A stretch of 64,000 nt of DNA from an uncultured Alphaproteobacteria bacterium (GTDB lineage: Bacteria; Pseudomonadota; Alphaproteobacteria; CAAHEQ01; UBA3637): contig CALXVP010000002.1 in NCBI GenBank assembly GCA_944392125.1, positions 27,207 through 91,206 of the forward strand. The letters are read 5' to 3'. Shown here piece by piece: positions 1 through 8,316 of this stretch. A model generated the notes under the pieces. The model made no database searches. It was not told where the DNA came from and was given only the letters and a program-made list of their open reading frames with translations. Numbering within the stretch: the stretch's first letter is position 1; each line of letters starts with the position of its first letter. The position numbers were made by a program, and so were the translations under genes.

Positions 1-225
1 TAATGCCACTTTCTCTGCTTGATTTTCTACCAATTGACATGGATATCTGCGCGAAAATTTCCTGTTCTCATGAATATAAACTTGTGTGGGTGTAATTTGA
101 GCATAAAATTCCGGATACATGACTGATGTCATTCTCTTATAAAAAATGGGGTTTACAAATTCTTCCGGCTGAAAAACGGAACAACCGCCCATCAATAAAA
201 ATATTCCTATCAGATATAGTTTCAT
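1..225 (-). CDS. Putative lipoprotein, N-terminal part (ORF runs off the left edge of the window)
   Basis: The minus-strand ATG at 225 opens a frame with no stop before position 1. Translation begins MKLYLIGIFLLMGGCSVFQPEEF, a signal peptide with a lipobox-like LMGGC. It is absent from the ORF track because it is truncated at the window edge. Confidence 0.45.
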   Translation of the reverse strand, partial: MKLYLIGIFLLMGGCSVFQPEEFVNPIFYKRMTSVMYPEFYAQITPTQVYIHENRKFSRRYPCQLVENQAEKVAL

Positions 226-317
226 CGCAATATATCCTCTATCTATTCTTATAATTCTTAAAAAATGAAAATATCGTTAATAAATATTAAAAATAATACT
301 CCGGATTTCTAATCTTA

Positions 318-409
318 TGGCGGAGAGAGTGAGATTCGAACTCACGGTGCGAAATAAATCGCACAACAGATTTCGAGTCTGCCGCATTCGACCACTCTGC
401 CATCTCTCC
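318..409 (-). tRNA. tRNA-Ser (anticodon CGA)
   Basis: The reverse complement reads GGAGAGATGGCAGAGTGGTCGAATGCGGCAGACTCGAAATCTGTTGTGCGATTTATTTCGCACCGTGAGTTCGAATCTCACTCTCTCCGCCA. It has a 7-bp acceptor stem (GGAGAGA/TCTCTCC), anticodon loop CTCGAAA, a long variable arm, a GTTCGAATC T-loop and an encoded CCA. Confidence 0.9.
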
Positions 410-476
410 GCAATGCTCTTGCTTATACACTATTTTGAATTTGATTGCAAGTATTTTTTTTCTTTTCTCTTTTTTA

Positions 477-1226
477 CTATTCGGTCGCAAGTTGTTCCGC
501 TTCCGCCTGCGCAACCGTATCTTCCGTCAAATCGGCATCCGTATCATTAAAATCAATCGCATATCCTGCTGAACGCACCGTTCGCACAATATCTTTTTCT
601 CCCCCCTCATTCAACGCCCGCCGTAATCGCCGAATATGCACGTCCACCGTTCGTAACTCTACATGGATTGACCCGCCCCATACCAATTTTAAAAGCGTTT
701 CGCGCGATAAAACATGCCCCGGCTTTTCCATTAAGTATTGTAGCAGACGAAACTCCGTCGGTCCCAGATGAACGCGTCGCTCCCCACGCATAACCCACCG
801 CTTTGAAAAATCCATCGTTATATCGCCGTAGGTGATATTTTCCTGCGGTTGAGCCGGACTCACCCGTCGCATTAACGCCACAATTCGCGCCATCAATTCG
901 GGAACGGAAAACGGCTTCGTCACATAATCATCCGCTCCGAACGAAAGCCCCTTCACTTTGTCTGCCTCATCACTGCGCGCCGTCAACATAATAATCGGCG
1001 TTGTGCGCAATTCATACGTCTTGCGGATTTCACGGCATAAATCAATCCCCGATACATTCGGCAACATCCAGTCTAATAAAATCAAATCAGGCCGTTCTGC
1101 CATGGCTTCGGACATCACATCTTTCCCATCCATCACCACAACGGTTTCATACCCTTGTTTTTCAAGATTATATTTCAGTAAGGTGACAAGCCCGATTTCA
1201 TCTTCAACAATCATTACTTTTGTCAT
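477..1226 (-). CDS. phoB: Phosphate-regulon response regulator PhoB (OmpR family)
   Basis: Receiver domain MIVEDE...LLDWMLPNVSGIDL followed by a winged-helix domain RTVDVHIRRLRRAL...GYAI, typical of PhoB. It carries an acidic C-terminal tail. Confidence 0.8.
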   Translation of the reverse strand: MTKVMIVEDEIGLVTLLKYNLEKQGYETVVVMDGKDVMSEAMAERPDLILLDWMLPNVSGIDLCREIRKTYELRTTPIIMLTARSDEADKVKGLSFGADDYVTKPFSVPELMARIVALMRRVSPAQPQENITYGDITMDFSKRWVMRGERRVHLGPTEFRLLQYLMEKPGHVLSRETLLKLVWGGSIHVELRTVDVHIRRLRRALNEGGEKDIVRTVRSAGYAIDFNDTDADLTEDTVAQAEAEQLATE

Positions 1227-1227
1227 A

Positions 1228-1878
1228 TCAACCCTCGCTTGATTGTTTCAGTTGCCTAATTTGGCGTTCATACAGTTTATGCTTAAAAACATAACTGCCG
1301 GCAACCAATATATCCGCTCCTGCCAAAATACACGCCGGTGCCGTTATATTGTTAATACCTCCATCTACCGAAATTTGCACCGGTTTCCGCCCGATTAACG
1401 CTTTCAATTCTACAATTTTTTCCAATGAGTGCTTAATGAACGGCTGTCCGCCAAAGCCCGGCTCTACCGACATTACCAAAACCAAATCAATCATCGGCAA
1501 ATACGGAAGTAATTTAGAAACAGATGTTTTCGGACGAATGGAAATGCCCGCCTTTTTCTTTTCTTTTTTTATCAGTGCAATTAAATCGGCTATATCCGCA
1601 TCGGATTCTAAATGAACGGTTATCATATCCGCTCCTGCCCGTGCAAATTCTGCGATAAAGGGCGCGGGATTCGTCATCATCAAATGCACGTCAAACGGCA
1701 AGGTTGTGTATGGACGAATCGCCTTTACAAGCATCGGGCCAAACGTTAAATTCGGCACAAAATGCCCGTCCATCACGTCTAAATGAATCAAATCGGCACC
1801 CGCTTTTTCAAGCGCCCTGACTTCTGCTCCTAATTTGGCAAAATCAGCCGATAAAATGCTGGGTGCAATTTGAACCAT
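1228..1878 (-). CDS. rpe: Ribulose-phosphate 3-epimerase
   Basis: Begins IAPSILSADFAKLGAEV...HLDVMDGHFVPNLTFG and continues ...VMSVEPGFGGQ...SVDGG. This is full-length Rpe signature sequence. Confidence 0.9.
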   Translation of the reverse strand: MVQIAPSILSADFAKLGAEVRALEKAGADLIHLDVMDGHFVPNLTFGPMLVKAIRPYTTLPFDVHLMMTNPAPFIAEFARAGADMITVHLESDADIADLIALIKKEKKKAGISIRPKTSVSKLLPYLPMIDLVLVMSVEPGFGGQPFIKHSLEKIVELKALIGRKPVQISVDGGINNITAPACILAGADILVAGSYVFKHKLYERQIRQLKQSSEG

Positions 1879-1922
1879 TTATTCCCCTCCCGAATTTTTG
1901 TTTCACCAAAGAATGGCGCTTA

Positions 1923-2414
1923 TTACCGTTGATGTTGCTCTTGCGATGCAACCATTCCCTGCTGTTCCGTAATTTTAACGGGTTCGGCAACGGAAACAAC
2001 TTCGGGATACTGCCGTTTAATCACGCGCGAGAAAGCATCTCTTTCTTTCCGTTCGCAGTAATCATATACCTCTTTCGGCGTTCTCGGGGCAATCATTTTG
2101 CCACGCCGAATTAAAATGATAAATTCACGATACGTTTCATCAATTTCCCGTCTGGCGCGTGCCATCACACGTTCTTTGGCTTCTTGACGCATATCGCCGA
2201 TTGTGTAAACCATCGGCTCTTTACCTTGTGGCACATACACCGGATTTTCATACGGAATGGCTTTTGTGTATTCTCTGTATGATGCCACTTCTTTTTCAAT
2301 TTGCAACAACCATTCAGCTCGTTGAATGCGTGCCATATCTGCTTCTTTGGCGCGATTCAATAAGGTAGCGCGTTCTGCTTCTGCCGATGTCATTGTTTCT
2401 TGTTCTTTTTCCAT
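1923..2414 (-). CDS. Hypothetical charged protein (163 aa), no recognised family
   Basis: Long ORF co-oriented with rpe and fba, with no signal peptide or TM segment. I do not recognise any motif. Confidence 0.45.
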   Translation of the reverse strand: MEKEQETMTSAEAERATLLNRAKEADMARIQRAEWLLQIEKEVASYREYTKAIPYENPVYVPQGKEPMVYTIGDMRQEAKERVMARARREIDETYREFIILIRRGKMIAPRTPKEVYDYCERKERDAFSRVIKRQYPEVVSVAEPVKITEQQGMVASQEQHQR

Positions 2415-2462
2415 TATTCTTCCTTTTTTTGTTTGCTTCGTTTTTTCAGAGCCGTGAGCGGG

Positions 2463-2696
2463 TTAATCCCGTTCGCGCCCTTGTTCTTCTTTGAATCTTT
2501 TGAAGACAATGCCCGATTGGCCTTTGATTTTTTTCACAATCAGATTGCCTCGTTGCACTTGAATGGCAACATTGAGAGAGACAATATCGCCTCTCTCAAA
2601 ATAAATACCGACAACTCCGGTTTTTGTTGATTGTATCGGGCTGTTCGGATGTGTTGCCGTCAGCCGTGTGCGAAAAGATTTTGGACCTTTTTGCAT
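2463..2696 (-). CDS. Hypothetical small protein (77 aa)
   Basis: ORF that fits the gap between fba and the 163-aa ORF on the same strand. It looks beta-rich, but I cannot support a family. Confidence 0.3.
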   Translation of the reverse strand: MQKGPKSFRTRLTATHPNSPIQSTKTGVVGIYFERGDIVSLNVAIQVQRGNLIVKKIKGQSGIVFKRFKEEQGRERD

Positions 2697-2710
2697 AAGA
2701 CTGACTCTCC

Positions 2711-3775
2711 TTATTTCACGATTTTCGGATCTAATTCGCCGGATTTATAGCGCTTTGCCATTTCTGCCAACGAAATCGGTTTAATATGCGAGGCTTGACC
2801 TGCCGCACCGAATTCTTGATAACGGGCTTCGCAAACGGCTTGCATGGCGTCCATTGCCGGTTTCAAGTATTTCCGCGGGTCAAATTCTGCCGGTTTTTCC
2901 ACAAATACTTTCCGAATGGCTCCCGTCATCGCCATGCGCAAATCCGTATCAACGTTTACTTTACGCACACCGTGTTTAATGGCCTCTTGGATTTCCTCCA
3001 CGGGCACACCGTATGTTTGTGGCATTTTTCCGCCATACGCATTGATGATATCTTGCAATTCTTGCGGAACGGATGAAGATCCGTGCATCACCAAGTGTGT
3101 ATACGGTAATTTTTGGTGAATCTTCTTAATCGTATCAATTGAAAGAATAGCACCGTCGGGCTTACGCGTAAATTTATAAGCACCGTGTGATGTGCCGATG
3201 GCAACCGCCAACGCATCCACTTTCGTTTCTTCTACAAAACGCACAGCATCATCCGGATCCGTTAACAATTTGGATTTATCAATAGCGCCCTCAAAACCGT
3301 GCCCGTCTTCTTTCTCGCCTTTTCCCGTTTCCAAAGAACCGATGCAACCGAGTTCCCCTTCAACCGATACACCCACTTGATGTGCCACATTGGCCACTTC
3401 GCTTGTTACCTTGGCATTGTATTCGTGCGTTGCCGGTTTTCCGTCGGGAGTCAAAGACCCATCCATCATGACAGATGTAAATCCGTTCATCATGGCCGAA
3501 AAGCAAACTTCCGGACTTGAGCCGTGGTCTTGGTGCACGCAAATCGGCAAATCGGGATACATTTCCACACCCGCCATCATCAAGTGTTTTAAAACAGCGT
3601 CATTCGCATAACCGCGAGCGCCTTTACTGGCTTGAATAATCACCGGCGCATCTACTTTCTTTGCCGCTGCCAAAATTGCCAACACTTGTTCCATATTGTT
3701 GACGTTAAATGCCGGAATACCGTAACCGTGTTCGGCGGCATCATCTAATAATTGTCTTAATGATATAAGTGCCAT
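2711..3775 (-). CDS. fba: Fructose-bisphosphate aldolase, class II (354-aa long form)
   Basis: [30 protein letters not shown] and [10 protein letters not shown] are class II FBA metal- and substrate-binding motifs. Confidence 0.9.
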   Translation of the reverse strand: MALISLRQLLDDAAEHGYGIPAFNVNNMEQVLAILAAAKKVDAPVIIQASKGARGYANDAVLKHLMMAGVEMYPDLPICVHQDHGSSPEVCFSAMMNGFTSVMMDGSLTPDGKPATHEYNAKVTSEVANVAHQVGVSVEGELGCIGSLETGKGEKEDGHGFEGAIDKSKLLTDPDDAVRFVEETKVDALAVAIGTSHGAYKFTRKPDGAILSIDTIKKIHQKLPYTHLVMHGSSSVPQELQDIINAYGGKMPQTYGVPVEEIQEAIKHGVRKVNVDTDLRMAMTGAIRKVFVEKPAEFDPRKYLKPAMDAMQAVCEARYQEFGAAGQASHIKPISLAEMAKRYKSGELDPKIVK

Positions 3776-3793
3776 TTTTCTTTCCTTTCTTTT

Positions 3794-4240
3794 TTATTTT
3801 TTGTTGTTCATTAAGTATTGTTGCCATTCTTGATTGTTAATCAAAAGGGCGCGTGCAATCGGCGCACGATTTTGTTCGTATGCAAATATGATTTCAAATT
3901 GCACATTGTTTTGATCAGCCGAAAGCAATAGCTGATTCAACCTATCGGCTTCTTGCTGAGGAATATAATAGCGGTGCGGAATGTTATCAAAGTCTCGTCT
4001 GGGGCAAATACCGCCGATAAACTGGTTGCAATCTGTTTTTCCCCAATCAATCTGATATTGAATATAATGACCCGAAAGTAAACTGCGCGGATCATATCCT
4101 TGAATGGCAATCACAACATCCCTTGCCGAACGCATCTGAAAAGCCAAAAACAGTGTATAAATCAAAATGGCCGAAAAAGGCAAAACCCACCCCAGCCAAC
4201 GCAACCACTTACCGTTTTGCCCGTTTTTATTTTGAATCAT
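3794..4240 (-). CDS. GDYXXLXY-domain membrane-anchored protein
   Basis: N-terminal TM helix, then YDPRSLLSGHYIQYQIDW and RYYIPQQEA, which align with the GDYXXLXY family pattern (DPRDLFRGDYVxLxY ... YFVPEG). It overlaps the upstream membrane gene by 14 nt. Confidence 0.55.
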   Translation of the reverse strand: MIQNKNGQNGKWLRWLGWVLPFSAILIYTLFLAFQMRSARDVVIAIQGYDPRSLLSGHYIQYQIDWGKTDCNQFIGGICPRRDFDNIPHRYYIPQQEADRLNQLLLSADQNNVQFEIIFAYEQNRAPIARALLINNQEWQQYLMNNKK

Positions 4241-5768
4241 GCAACCGATCTCCTTTCATCAAGCGCACGAGCGCCGGATACCCTTTCACATAAACCCAAA
4301 TCCCGAGCAGTAAAACGGCGCCGATGGCAATCAGGCCGATACCTGTTGACATCAAAGATAAAATGTATCCCATATAAGCAATGCCCACGCGCACAATCAT
4401 TCCGAGCAAGCATACATTAAATAGCCACGTATTGCCCCGATGAACGGCAAAAATACTTACCCCGAGTAAGCAAATCAATGTGAAAATCATTCCGAAAATC
4501 GTTTCGCTAACAAACAAATAACCGAACGAAACCAAAAATGCCCAAAAGAAAACTTGCAGAGCCGTCCGCCGACTGCCTTGTGGCACAAGCCAACCGATGA
4601 AGCCCAATCCGGCAATCGCACCGCCCGCCAATCCAATAAAAGAAGGCGTTAAAGAGACAACCGTTTTTGCAAAACCGTTTTCCGTATACATCGCATCCAC
4701 AAAAATAACCGTTAATATGCCGATAACGATGCCGATAATCTGCAACGTGCTCGTAAAGCCCGTATGGCTCCCCACATATCGGCGTGCCAAGCCGACTAAT
4801 CCGAGCAACACAACGCCGGTCAAAGCAAAACACGCCGTCGGCATTAAATAATCGTAAAAATCGGATAAGGCGGTTAAAAACCAATTTGCTTCCATCAACG
4901 AACCGCAAAAAGCAATCCACCAAAAAACACTCACAATGGCTTGCTTGCGCTTCCATAAGACAATCGGCAAAACGGCTACCGTCCAAAGTGGCACAAATGC
5001 GTTTCCGATACCTAGTAGAGCGCCCAGTCCGTAAGAGGCCATCCAAATCGGTAAACTCACGCGTAATTGAGAACTCAATATATACGGGATTGCCAAAATA
5101 CTGCCCGCCAATAAGGCGTTCCAAAATGAATCCGAAAGATGATAAATTTGCCCGATTAAACCCAGTCCGGCAAAAATCCACCCGATATTGCCCCAAATCA
5201 AACATTCGCGCACCCATTTTTTCTGCTTCGCGTCTGCCACAAACAAACTGCCGATAAGAGCCACAAAGCCGACAAAATAGCCTCCGAGTTTAACCATATC
5301 GGGAATACCCTGCCAATTTGCGGAAATCACGGCAATCACGCCGAGAATAATACACAAAACGGCAAACAAGCTCATGCGTTTTGCCCAAATCTTCGTTTTT
5401 TCCGCAAACAAAGAGCCCTGTTCCGCATGAGTCGCTACGTCGGCGGACGTTATTTTTTTTACCGCTTGAGGCACGCCTGCCAATCGGTATAACTGTTGCC
5501 GTTGTTTGGCATCAATTAAGCCGTTCATAGCCCATTCATCAATACGTTTAACCGATTCAAAACGCCGAATTAACGTTGCTTGTTGCTCGGATAAAGAGCC
5601 TTCTTTTTCGGCGCGGGCAATCAGTGAAGCCGGTTGCTTTTGATTCGAGTGCATCCGTTCGGAACGGGATTGATAGACTTCTTTGTTTCGTGTGCGTTTA
5701 TCCGATGATTTTCCGGAAAACGCAAAATCATCCTTATATTCTTTTTTATTCTTCGCAACAGTTACCAT
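4227..5768 (-). CDS. Polytopic membrane protein, DUF4401/DUF2157-like
   Basis: About 130 aa of soluble N-terminus followed by about 10 or more hydrophobic helices. Its position between a DUF2157-like gene and a GDYXXLXY gene matches a known conserved trio. Confidence 0.5.
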   Translation of the reverse strand: MVTVAKNKKEYKDDFAFSGKSSDKRTRNKEVYQSRSERMHSNQKQPASLIARAEKEGSLSEQQATLIRRFESVKRIDEWAMNGLIDAKQRQQLYRLAGVPQAVKKITSADVATHAEQGSLFAEKTKIWAKRMSLFAVLCIILGVIAVISANWQGIPDMVKLGGYFVGFVALIGSLFVADAKQKKWVRECLIWGNIGWIFAGLGLIGQIYHLSDSFWNALLAGSILAIPYILSSQLRVSLPIWMASYGLGALLGIGNAFVPLWTVAVLPIVLWKRKQAIVSVFWWIAFCGSLMEANWFLTALSDFYDYLMPTACFALTGVVLLGLVGLARRYVGSHTGFTSTLQIIGIVIGILTVIFVDAMYTENGFAKTVVSLTPSFIGLAGGAIAGLGFIGWLVPQGSRRTALQVFFWAFLVSFGYLFVSETIFGMIFTLICLLGVSIFAVHRGNTWLFNVCLLGMIVRVGIAYMGYILSLMSTGIGLIAIGAVLLLGIWVYVKGYPALVRLMKGDRLHDSK

Positions 5769-5818
5769 GCGGTTTTCCTCTTCAAATAATATTGTTATAC
5801 CCGCATCTTATGCAAAAA

Positions 5819-6784
5819 TCAACGATTTTTTTCAAGAATCCCCTTTTTACGTTGACTTCCCTGTTTAAACATTTTGCGCTTGCGCCACAAAACAAATCCG
5901 CCCGCACCCAACAAAACAACCGCACCCGCGCTTAAAAAAACGATACCGGCATGCACGGGATTATACGCCATCTGAAAATAAAAAATCAAAATACGCACCA
6001 CAATAAAGAATCCCGTTACGTTAAACAAAACCGAACGCCGTGCCGATATGGCGAACAAAAGCAACAACGCCAAAAAGCCGAGCGACATAAAAAAGCCCTG
6101 CACCGGTTCCCGCATGGCAATATCGCCCAAAAAGACGATCGGGAAATACAAAATAATGGACCAGTGATATAAACTCACGGCAAATTTATCCGTAAAAAAA
6201 TGCGATAAATAAATAAAGCATAGCAATACGCCCCCGATAAGGCCCGTTGCAAACAGCGGACTTTGCTCAAAAAACAAGAGCAATAATTCAATTTTCATAT
6301 ATCCGATGATACCGCCGAAAAAGAGCGGTATCCATAAAAAAGCCAACCACTTGCGTTTACTCACGGCCACAATACCGAACGATAATATCAACCACAAAAA
6401 CAAACCGGAAGCCCCTTGCATCGGCAAATTAAAAATCTGCGCCACCAGTCCGATACCGCCACCAATCATAAAAAAAGCCACAAACAAGGCTATTTCCGCC
6501 AATTTCGTTTTTTGCTTTTGAACGGCAAAAAAAGCCAGCGTTAAACTGCCGACCAAACAAATGCCCGCTACCAACAATTTAACACTTTCCGGAATCACTG
6601 CCCACGAAGCCTCAATAAAAGCCGTTATTCCGAGAAGCCCGAGCAAAATACCGAGCCAGACAATACTTGATAACAGAAACGGCTTATGCGCAATGTTTTC
6701 CTGCGCCAGAATTTGCTCGCGTTGTGCCATAGAGATAATGTTTTGCTTTACCCAGTTTTGCGATTTTTTTTCAAGACTCATCAT
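5819..6784 (-). CDS. Polytopic membrane protein, DUF2157-like
   Basis: Short soluble N-terminus (WVKQNIISMAQREQILAQE) followed by about 8-9 TM helices. It is the first gene of the three-gene membrane operon. Confidence 0.5.
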   Translation of the reverse strand: MMSLEKKSQNWVKQNIISMAQREQILAQENIAHKPFLLSSIVWLGILLGLLGITAFIEASWAVIPESVKLLVAGICLVGSLTLAFFAVQKQKTKLAEIALFVAFFMIGGGIGLVAQIFNLPMQGASGLFLWLILSFGIVAVSKRKWLAFLWIPLFFGGIIGYMKIELLLLFFEQSPLFATGLIGGVLLCFIYLSHFFTDKFAVSLYHWSIILYFPIVFLGDIAMREPVQGFFMSLGFLALLLLFAISARRSVLFNVTGFFIVVRILIFYFQMAYNPVHAGIVFLSAGAVVLLGAGGFVLWRKRKMFKQGSQRKKGILEKNR

Positions 6785-6937
6785 CTAACCCTCCCGTTTT
6801 ATTCAAATCAGATACCGTATAAATAAGGCGCCGATATGCGTATCTCAATAACCGTATTCTTTCGTATAATCAATCGGATATATCGGATAATTCAGCGGGT
6901 CGCTACTCGGGTAATATCGGGAGAATTATCGGTTATA

Positions 6938-7050
6938 GGGAGATTGACGGTGATTAACAGGAAGATTTAGCGAGAGATTTGCAGGGAGATTTATAGAGTG
7001 ATTTAGAGGGAGGATTTATAGGGAAGATTTGGAGAAGGATTTATAGAAGA
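6938..7050. repeat. Degenerate tandem array, about 9 copies of a 12-13 nt unit (consensus GATTTAnAGGGA)
   Basis: GATT recurs at 6942, 6952, 6964, 6976, 6988, 7000, 7013, 7026 and 7038, giving spacings of 10, 12, 12, 12, 12, 13, 13 and 12 nt. The plus strand has no C from about 6985 to 7052. In-frame stops on both strands rule out coding. Confidence 0.75.
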
Positions 7051-7315
7051 TGAACCGCAAAAATTCTCGGCGGATTTTGCGGGCTCTGTATCAGCGGATT
7101 AACAGAATGGTGTATTAAAGTGTTTCCCTGTGAATTTTTCGGGGACTTTGCCGAACGATTAACGCAAAGGAAGCCCGTAAAAACACCTTTAAAAAAAGCA
7201 CCCTTAAAACCCAACCGAAAAAGGCATCTAAAAAAGCGCTCCCGAAAGCAAATGATTTTTTCAAGAAAGCATACACCCTTGCCCTATTGGCATAGAGATA
7301 CCGAAACCTATCGGA

Positions 7316-7346
7316 CAAAACACCCACCCTCTTTTCGTCGGGTGAC
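7316..7346 (-). terminator. Possible ctrA terminator
   Basis: The minus strand reads CACCC-gacgaaaaga-GGGTG followed by GGTGTTTTG, about 30 nt after the ctrA stop. The stem is short. Confidence 0.35.
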
Positions 7347-7371
7347 CAAATTGCAACACAAATGCCTGCGG

Positions 7372-8073
7372 TTAAACGGTTTGTTTTTTCTCTTTTACGG
7401 GCAAATCCTTTAAAATGTAGCCCCTGCCCCACACGGTTTGAATATAACTTTCCGTTTTGGTAATTTTTTCAATCTTCCGACGGATTTTACATAAAAACAC
7501 ATCAATGATTTTCATTTCCGGTTCATCCATACCGCCGTAAAGATGATTTAAAAATTGCTCTTTATTGATGGTTGTTCCCTTGCGCAAAGCCAATAACTCA
7601 AACAGCGCATATTCTTTGCTCGTTAAATTCAAAACTTTCCCGTCAATGGTCACAACTTTGGAATTTAAATTGATTTCCATCCCGCCCGTTCGCACAATCG
7701 GATCGGCATGCCCCTTAGAGCGACGCACAATCGCATTCACGCGGGCAATCAACTCCGTTCTGTCAAACGGTTTCGTTAAATAATCGTCCGCCCCGTATCC
7801 GAAACCTTTTACCTTTTTATCGGGGGCCGATAAGCCTGATAAAATTAATACGGGCGTATCGTTATGCACCGAACGCAACCGCTTTAAAACTTCGTATCCC
7901 TCCATATCGGGCAATAATAAATCCAAAATGATAATATCGTATTCATACAACTTCGCTACTTCAAGCCCGTCTTCTCCCAAATACGACGTATCAACAACCA
8001 TTCCTTCTTTTTGCAAAATTAAAGCGATATTCTGGCTAACCGTTTTATCATCTTCAATCAATAATACGCGCAT
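7372..8073 (-). CDS. ctrA: Cell-cycle master response regulator CtrA
   Basis: MRVLLIEDD...DLLLPDMEGYEVL...GADDYLTKPF...LTSKEYALFELLALRKGTTINKEQFLNHLYGGMDEPEMKIIDVFLCKIRRKI...TVWGRGYIL is nearly collinear with Caulobacter CtrA. I moved the start to the internal ATG at 8073, which has AAGGG upstream; the ORF track extends to 8109. Confidence 0.9.
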   Translation of the reverse strand: MRVLLIEDDKTVSQNIALILQKEGMVVDTSYLGEDGLEVAKLYEYDIIILDLLLPDMEGYEVLKRLRSVHNDTPVLILSGLSAPDKKVKGFGYGADDYLTKPFDRTELIARVNAIVRRSKGHADPIVRTGGMEINLNSKVVTIDGKVLNLTSKEYALFELLALRKGTTINKEQFLNHLYGGMDEPEMKIIDVFLCKIRRKIEKITKTESYIQTVWGRGYILKDLPVKEKKQTV

Positions 8074-8126
8074 GGCTCTACCCTTTTGTTGAGAACTCTC
8101 TATTAACAAAATCTTTTCTGCTTTTA

Positions 8127-8141
8127 TTAACTTTATGTTAA
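8127..8141. promoter_or_regulatory. CtrA-type box TTAA-N7-TTAA upstream of ctrA
   Basis: TTAACTTTATGTTAA lies about 55-70 nt upstream of the ctrA start codon. Confidence 0.45.
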
Positions 8142-8252
8142 TTTTTTCTTTTTTGCAAGCATAACTTTCCGTTCCCCATACTTTTTTTATTCCTTTTTCT
8201 CTTCCGCTTCTCTTTTTAAATTTATTTTTATTTTAAAAATCAATTTATTAAA

Positions 8253-8295
8253 GCAAAAAAAGAGAGTTGTTTTTAAGCAACTCTCTTTTTCTTTT
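8253..8295. terminator. Intrinsic terminator downstream of ileS (bidirectional shape)
   Basis: Perfect 8-bp stem GAGAGTTG/CAACTCTC (8262-8285), flanked by an A-run and a T-run. Read on the minus strand, the stem is followed by TTTTTTT. Confidence 0.7.
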
Positions 8296-8316
8296 CACCT
8301 CACAGCTTGCGTTTTT

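Noticed and set aside
318-409. tRNA-Ser as an integration hotspot for a genomic island.
   Set aside because: No integrase, direct repeat of the tRNA 3' end, or foreign-looking genes follow it within the window. The neighbours are phoB and a lipoprotein.
4507-5217. A 236-aa ORF in another frame inside the DUF4401-like membrane gene.
   Set aside because: It is entirely nested in a longer ORF with convincing TM-helix periodicity. Its Arg/Cys-rich composition is typical of an off-frame artefact.
6938-7050. Possibility that the 12-nt periodic array is a CRISPR array or a coding tetrapeptide repeat.
   Set aside because: The units are about 12 nt with no unique spacers, far below CRISPR repeat-spacer dimensions. 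TAG and TAA stops occur in the units on both strands.
6950-7110. TTAAC half-sites (6954, 7090) as additional CtrA boxes.
   Set aside because: The partner TTAA is missing or at the wrong spacing: TTAAC-N6-TTTAG near 6954 and TTAA-N12-TTAA near 7090. They do not fit TTAA-N7-TTAA.
7115-7432. Overlapping antisense ORF pair (105 aa on minus, 97 aa on plus) in the gap downstream of ctrA.
   Set aside because: The two ORFs occupy the same DNA on opposite strands. They are basic and low-complexity, lack an RBS, and one runs into the ctrA 3' end. The region is more likely non-coding.
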